A stretch of DNA of 63,278 nucleotides, the filler included, from Aduncisulcus paluster (lineage: Eukaryota): assembly GCA_024181965.1 (NCBI GenBank). It is 4 parts of 4 records of this genome, joined end to end, with 100 filler letters (N's around TTAATTAATTAA, not from the genome) between each part and the next. Parts side by side here need not be neighbours in the genome. Positions count along the whole stretch, not along the records: positions 46,169 to 58,849 come from BQXS01012526.1; positions 58,950 to 63,278 come from BQXS01012541.1; 2 more parts are not named here. One strand, written 5' to 3'. The notes under the pieces were generated by a model. The model was not told the DNA's origin, searched no databases, and worked only from the letters and a program-made list of their open reading frames with translations. The translations under genes and the position numbers were made by a program. This document shows, piece after piece, positions 57,890 through 63,278 of the stretch; position 1 is the stretch's first letter, and every line of letters starts with the position of its first letter.

Positions 57890-58431
57890 AATTTTTGCCT
57901 AGTGATCTCATAAACTAGACAAAACGGAGTTTTTTTCATTGAAAATTCAATTTGCTCAAGGAATTTAAGGTTTCCTTCTTTATTTCACAGATAGTAACTG
58001 AAGATTCTGGTCATCAGTGTGGGACAACGCGAGTAACGATACGTCGTATACGATCATCAACTTATATATTGAGGTTGATATACATGAAATATAAATCCGA
58101 GAATAAATTTCACAACAATGCTGGAGAGGTGGTAGCACCTTTCGAAATAAAGTGATTAGATCCAGGTTAGTGGCTGAGTAGAGATCAACTGGATTCATCA
58201 TCGACAAATATGGGTACTATACAACACTGTGATTTGGCGAAGATACTGCTCGGATGACTCCATATTCCTAATTATATTTTTTCACGGAATAAATCATGTA
58301 AAACGATGCTGTACACTCTAGGATAATTTCACATCTGTGTGTACAAAAACATCATTGAATGACTGCACTCCTGGGAAAATATCTTCAATTAAGCAATACA
58401 CATTGGATAGAAACAACTCAACGGAAACTAT

Positions 58432-58849
58432 TTAACGTTGCGGGTGTTTTTGCCTCTTTTCACCACGTTTTGATGCGATTTTTGGCCTTGTTGTTCTCCG
58501 TTTCCTTGAATCGAACAAGGGAGACACGGACCCACTCTTTGGAAGCATTGAGGGAAAGCTGGTTTTGGCCTTCTGAATTTGCGACTTTGACACTGTTTTC
58601 TTGGCAAATGCAATATCTCTCTCCTCTTGCTTGTTCAGAGACATCGCCATCCCACCCACACTGTCACGACCTTTGGAGGCAAGAATGGATGAGAATGAGG
58701 GGGCTCCCTGGGAAAGGGGGAAAGATGACGCCGGAGGAATGGACTGGCTGTGAAAGGAATAGGCAGGGGGAGGGATAGATTGCCCGAATTGGGAGAGGGA
58801 AGATGGTGGGATGGACTGGGCATATTGGGACATTGATGGTGGTGGAAGG
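58432..58849 (-). CDS. 3' fragment of an unknown gene with QSIPP repeats and a basic tail
   Basis: ORF reads out of the linker. QSIPP occurs three times. GC content is above the intergenic level. Confidence 0.5.
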
Positions 58850-58949
58850 NNNNNNNNNNNNNNNNNNNNNNNNNNNNNNNNNNNNNNNNNNNNTTAATTA
58901 ATTAANNNNNNNNNNNNNNNNNNNNNNNNNNNNNNNNNNNNNNNNNNNN
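58850..58949. other. Artificial contig linker
   Basis: N44-TTAATTAATTAA-N44. Confidence 0.97.
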
Positions 58950-61900
58950 GGATTCGAGTCTGAACATCCGCAGGTTTGATTGGAAACATTTATGTTCAAG
59001 TCAGGAGAAGAACTAAAGATATCCTCAAAAATTGTCTGAAGATCATCTCCACAGATATAATTATTGGCCAAGTAAATATAACTCCAAGTGTTACTGGACA
59101 AAGCAAACAATGGGGAAGGATCAGAAATGGCACATCCACTTGCATAGAGATAGGTTAAATTTGTAAGATCAGAAGAGACAATAGGAGTAAGGGATGCAAG
59201 AAGAGGATTTAAGCTGATATTAAGAATGGTCAAAGTTTCTGCTTGAATTGAGAGGTCTGGAATTGTTTGTAAATTACAATCGAACAATGAAAGGGATTCT
59301 AGATTTGGCATTTCAGCAAGAATGTCAGGATAATTCTCAAATGTATCAATTGGAGAACTTCTCCACGAGAAATTTTTCATATTTTCCTTTTGACTTGTTG
59401 TCAATGAATCAATTGATGTGAGTAAATTGTTGTCTCCTCCAATAACAAGTTGTTCAATATCAGGAAGATATCCATCACCGACATTCTTAGCAAACCCCTC
59501 GTTATTCACATTTGAAAAGTTACAATAAAAGCTTTTGAGTGATGTGGGGAGGATATATTCCTCAGAAGGAAGAATTATTGAGGTTTTCAAAATTCCCAAA
59601 ACCTCCAAAGATGTTAATGAAGTGATGTTGGGCAAATAAGAAAGACTTGAATTCCTACTTAAATTTAATTGTACTAAATTCGTGAGAGTTGATAATAAAT
59701 CAAGATGAATATCATCCGAATCAGCAGAAAAAACACTGGAGAAACCAATCAATTTAATCCCACCAAGGTGCTCAATACCTGATAAATCATCGATAGGAAG
59801 AGATGAATCATTATATTGAATCTGAGGATAATATTGATTGTTAATAGCCACAGAAACCAGAGTTTTTAGAGAAGCAACACTGAAAAGGGAAGGAGTGTCG
59901 GCTGTTCGATGGATATAGTTTGCAGTTCCATCATAATCATTAAATAAATCAGCTACATAATCATGCAAGTTCCCATCAACAATCACTCGCTGACATTCTC
60001 CAGTAGAATATGTAACACCATCAATCACTTCATCACCAAGATATCTACACTCATATCCATACTCACAGCCTCCAGAACAGTTCGTGGTTGGGGATGTTGT
60101 TTGCATGCATGTAAAGTCCTCAGCAGATGTGTATGACGTGTATGAATCACTGGCACATACAACATACCATGTGTTAGACCCAGGTTTGGTCTCAGCACAG
60201 ACCTTGTTGACATCGAGGGGGGTCGATCCAAGGTCATCAGAGGAACATATACAGGCTTGACCACTAGCATTCACATCTGCAGTAGAAAGAGAAAACTTAG
60301 ATGCAAGGAAAGTTTCAATCGCAGAATCACCATTATCACCGCCACAGATATGATTATATGACAAGTCAATGCTACTCCAAGAACCACTGCTGGACAAAGC
60401 ATACAATGGGGAAGGATCAGAGATATTATTGTTGTTCAGAGAAAGATCGGTCAGATTGGGCATGCTAGCAACAAGATGGAACAACAAAGAGATTGAAGTG
60501 TTGTTGGCACTGAAAGAAGTGAGAGATGATGGCGATGGGAAAAGACCAGACTCAGTGATATCATAATCTGTGTTGTCATTCAAAGAGAGTGTCGTGAGAG
60601 CTGTAAATGATGACAAATCACTATCAGCATCAAGATAGACAGCCTCAAGAGTTAAATCAGTTAATGACAAAGGAAGGTATGCGAGATCAGTATTCCCAAT
60701 GGACACAGAACTAGATGAAGTGCCAGAGATGGATAAAGATGTGAGGTTCACAGCATGTTGAAGACCTTCAAAGGAGTCCACAGTTGAAGCACTCACAGAA
60801 GTCACAGTATCCATGTCTGCAATAGTTAAATCATCACAGGAGGAATCGTGAGCACTTGGATTGGTAACAGCCAGACACAAAGCACTTCGAAGGTTGGAGT
60901 CGGGAATGTCAACATATTCACATGAATCACCATGGAAACCATAAGTACACCCACATGATACATCTGATGCGCCAATATCAATAATTGGAACTAAAATAGC
61001 TTTCCTCTCACATACTTGACAACGAATAGAATCTTCAGAGGTAACAGATTCAACACATGAATTTGTTTCTTTATCTAAATAATACCCATTCCAGCACTCG
61101 ACTTGGTAAGTTCCATCAGAACGTTGACGGCAGGTCTTGTGAGAAGAAAATGATACATCAACGCCTTCAGAACATGGACATGTGGATTGATCAGATCCAG
61201 CGACATAAAAATTAGAGTTTGTAAAATATGATTGGAATGTCGTCACTACATTATCAATGTCACAGATGGAGTTACCACTGATATTCAAAGATACCAAGGT
61301 ATCAATTGTGAACAGATATGATGTGATGAGAACAGATACATCAGAGATGGAGTTGTTTGAGAGATCTAGGGATGTCAGTTTGAATTGGTCTGTGGTTGAG
61401 TCTCCAGAAGCAATGGGAGTCAAGTCAAGCACATCACTGATAGCACTCAATCCACAGCCACTCGCAGATAAGGATGTAAGACCAGAATCAATGGTTCCAG
61501 ACGTCACAGCCTTTGCCAAGATCTGAACAACCAACTTATCATACTCAGCATTGGAATTGATATCTCCACTCAAGTCATACCCATNNNNNNNNNNNNNNNN
61601 NNNNAGAGATCTAGGGATGTCAGTTTGAATTGGTCTGTGGTTGAGTCTCCAGAAGCAATGGGAGTCAAGTCAAGCACATCACTGATAGCACTCAATCCAC
61701 AGCCACTCGCAGATAAGGATGTAAGACCAGAATCAATGGTTCCAGACGTCACAGCCTTTGCCAAGATCTGAACAACCAACTTATCATACTCAGCATTGGA
61801 ATTGATATCTCCACTCAAGTCATACCCATCAATATTAAGATATGTCAGAGAAGACGCATACTCAAGCCCTTGGAGCGTTGTCATAGAATTCACAGATATG

Positions 61901-63278
61901 TCTAAGTATGAAGCAATTGATGAAAGGGATAATGTAGCAGAGTGACATGACAAAACACTCCTCATCGTGGCAACACTGATTATTCCAGAATCTAGATCAT
62001 TAGTTCCTCCAGGTAAACAATTAGCAATTAAATATTGTCGAATATAATCATCATGAACAGTATAACATTTACCATCAGAAGACTTGGCAATGAAAGCACA
62101 TTCTTTGACTGCAGGATCAGCAACACTGTTGTACACTTCATTAAGAACAATGGAAGGGCATTTAGCTGGAAAAGAGGAAGGATCGCATGATTGGTTGTTA
62201 TCAGAGTTAAGTGGACATCCATTTTGAATAAAATAAAAATTCCTCGAAGAGAGGCCAGATTCATGAATTTCAAATATTTCATTAATGTATGCCCAATATT
62301 CAGCATCATTCTCAGATCGGCAGAGAGGAATTGGATCGCTACCATAATATGTGTTTGAAATTTCCATCCAATTCATTGAAATATTTCGAAATAGTATAGA
62401 AATATCGTAAATCTGTTCATTACCAGCAATACACAATTGGTACAATCTATGGAGAAAAACCAAAGAATTGAGATCATTAATGTTTGTATTAAAATCGTTA
62501 GAATATTGAGGAAGGGAAATATAACTTATCTGGCTCAAGTTAGAAAGGGAACTCACTGAAATAACATCTGTATTTTGTCCATCAAGAGAGGAAATATTAA
62601 TTATATTCTGGGCTCCTTGCAAAGTTGTAATATTATGGTTTTCAGGAGAAAACCCAGGGTCAATCTCAGCCATATCAAACTCAGATACATCACAAAGGGG
62701 GTCAATTGAAATAGAATACTCAGAGGCTTTACACACCTTTGCTCTAAACATTTCATCTGGAATGTATACTTGATACAATTCCTCACAATCATCACCATAC
62801 CAGGCAGATCGACACCCACATGTGATGGAAGTAGCACCAACTTCAAGAACAGGTTTCATATTGGAGTGTCTTTCACATACTTGACAACGGATAATGTCCG
62901 AGGAATCAGTGGCTTCAACACAAGTTCCAGTACTTTTATCGAGATAGTACCCATTCCAGCACTCGACAGCCCAACGATCGGGATACACTTCACGACACAC
63001 TTGGTGGTCAGAAGAAGACACGGATGCAGAACAATGGCATGTTTGGTCTGAGTAGGTAATCGAGATTCCAGTGGAGAAATAAGTTTCCAATTCATCAACC
63101 ATTCCTTCAATATCACAGATATTATTATCACTGATGTCAAGAGTTGTGAGGAAATTATTTGGGAATATCGATTCTGTGATGAGAACAGATACATCAGAGA
63201 TGGAGTTGTGAGAAATATTTAGATTCATCAACATGTATGGACGAGTCACATTATTTTCATCAGCAATGGGAGTCAAGT
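58950..63278 (-). CDS. Large LRR + Cys-rich/EGF-like repeat protein (both ends missing), probably cell surface
   Basis: LRRs (LTSLDLSNNSISDVSVL, LSLNNNNISDPSPL) capped by N.IC..QTC.C. EGF-like CGC..G..GD.CE. IPD..LR..C N-caps. 61360-61584 duplicates 61605-61829 across the gap, so the two ORFs are one gene. Confidence 0.88.

Noticed and set aside
22475..58949. TTAATTAATTAA palindromes inside N runs
   Set aside because: Synthetic six-frame-stop linkers. Gene neighbourhood across them is meaningless.
1..63278. CRISPR arrays, rRNA, transposase or reverse transcriptase ORFs
   Set aside because: None seen. The repeats are coding paralogy, promoter copies or assembly duplicates.

Overview
Gene-dense, AT-rich nuclear DNA from a eukaryotic anaerobe, read with the standard genetic code. 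Pyruvate:ferredoxin oxidoreductase, mitochondrial-type Hsp70, SF-assemblin/beta-giardin and strict GTATGT introns point to a free-living fornicate (Carpediemonas-like, probably Aduncisulcus; this is inference). The window is four unrelated contigs joined by artificial N44-TTAATTAATTAA-N44 linkers (22475, 46069, 58850), and it has four 20-N gaps flanked by duplicated sequence. Housekeeping genes are NSF, PWP1, mtHsp70, an ACS-like acyl-CoA ligase, SF-assemblin, RPS2, PWP2, PFO, eIF4G-like, an ISWI-like ATPase, SOD, an MRB1590-like ABC ATPase and tRNA-Gly(GCC); there is also a large LRR/EGF protein. The most notable items are: (1) five members of an expanded family built from a ~150-175 aa PITH/galactose-binding-like repeat, alone or fused to kinase or kinase+pseudokinase modules, with many lesions; (2) a PFO with a C-terminally tethered flavodoxin; (3) nine of nine reconstructable introns are phase 0 with GTATGT donors; (4) an ACS homolog with an enlarged acyl pocket; (5) a duplicated promoter driving a 45-aa tail-anchored micro-ORF.
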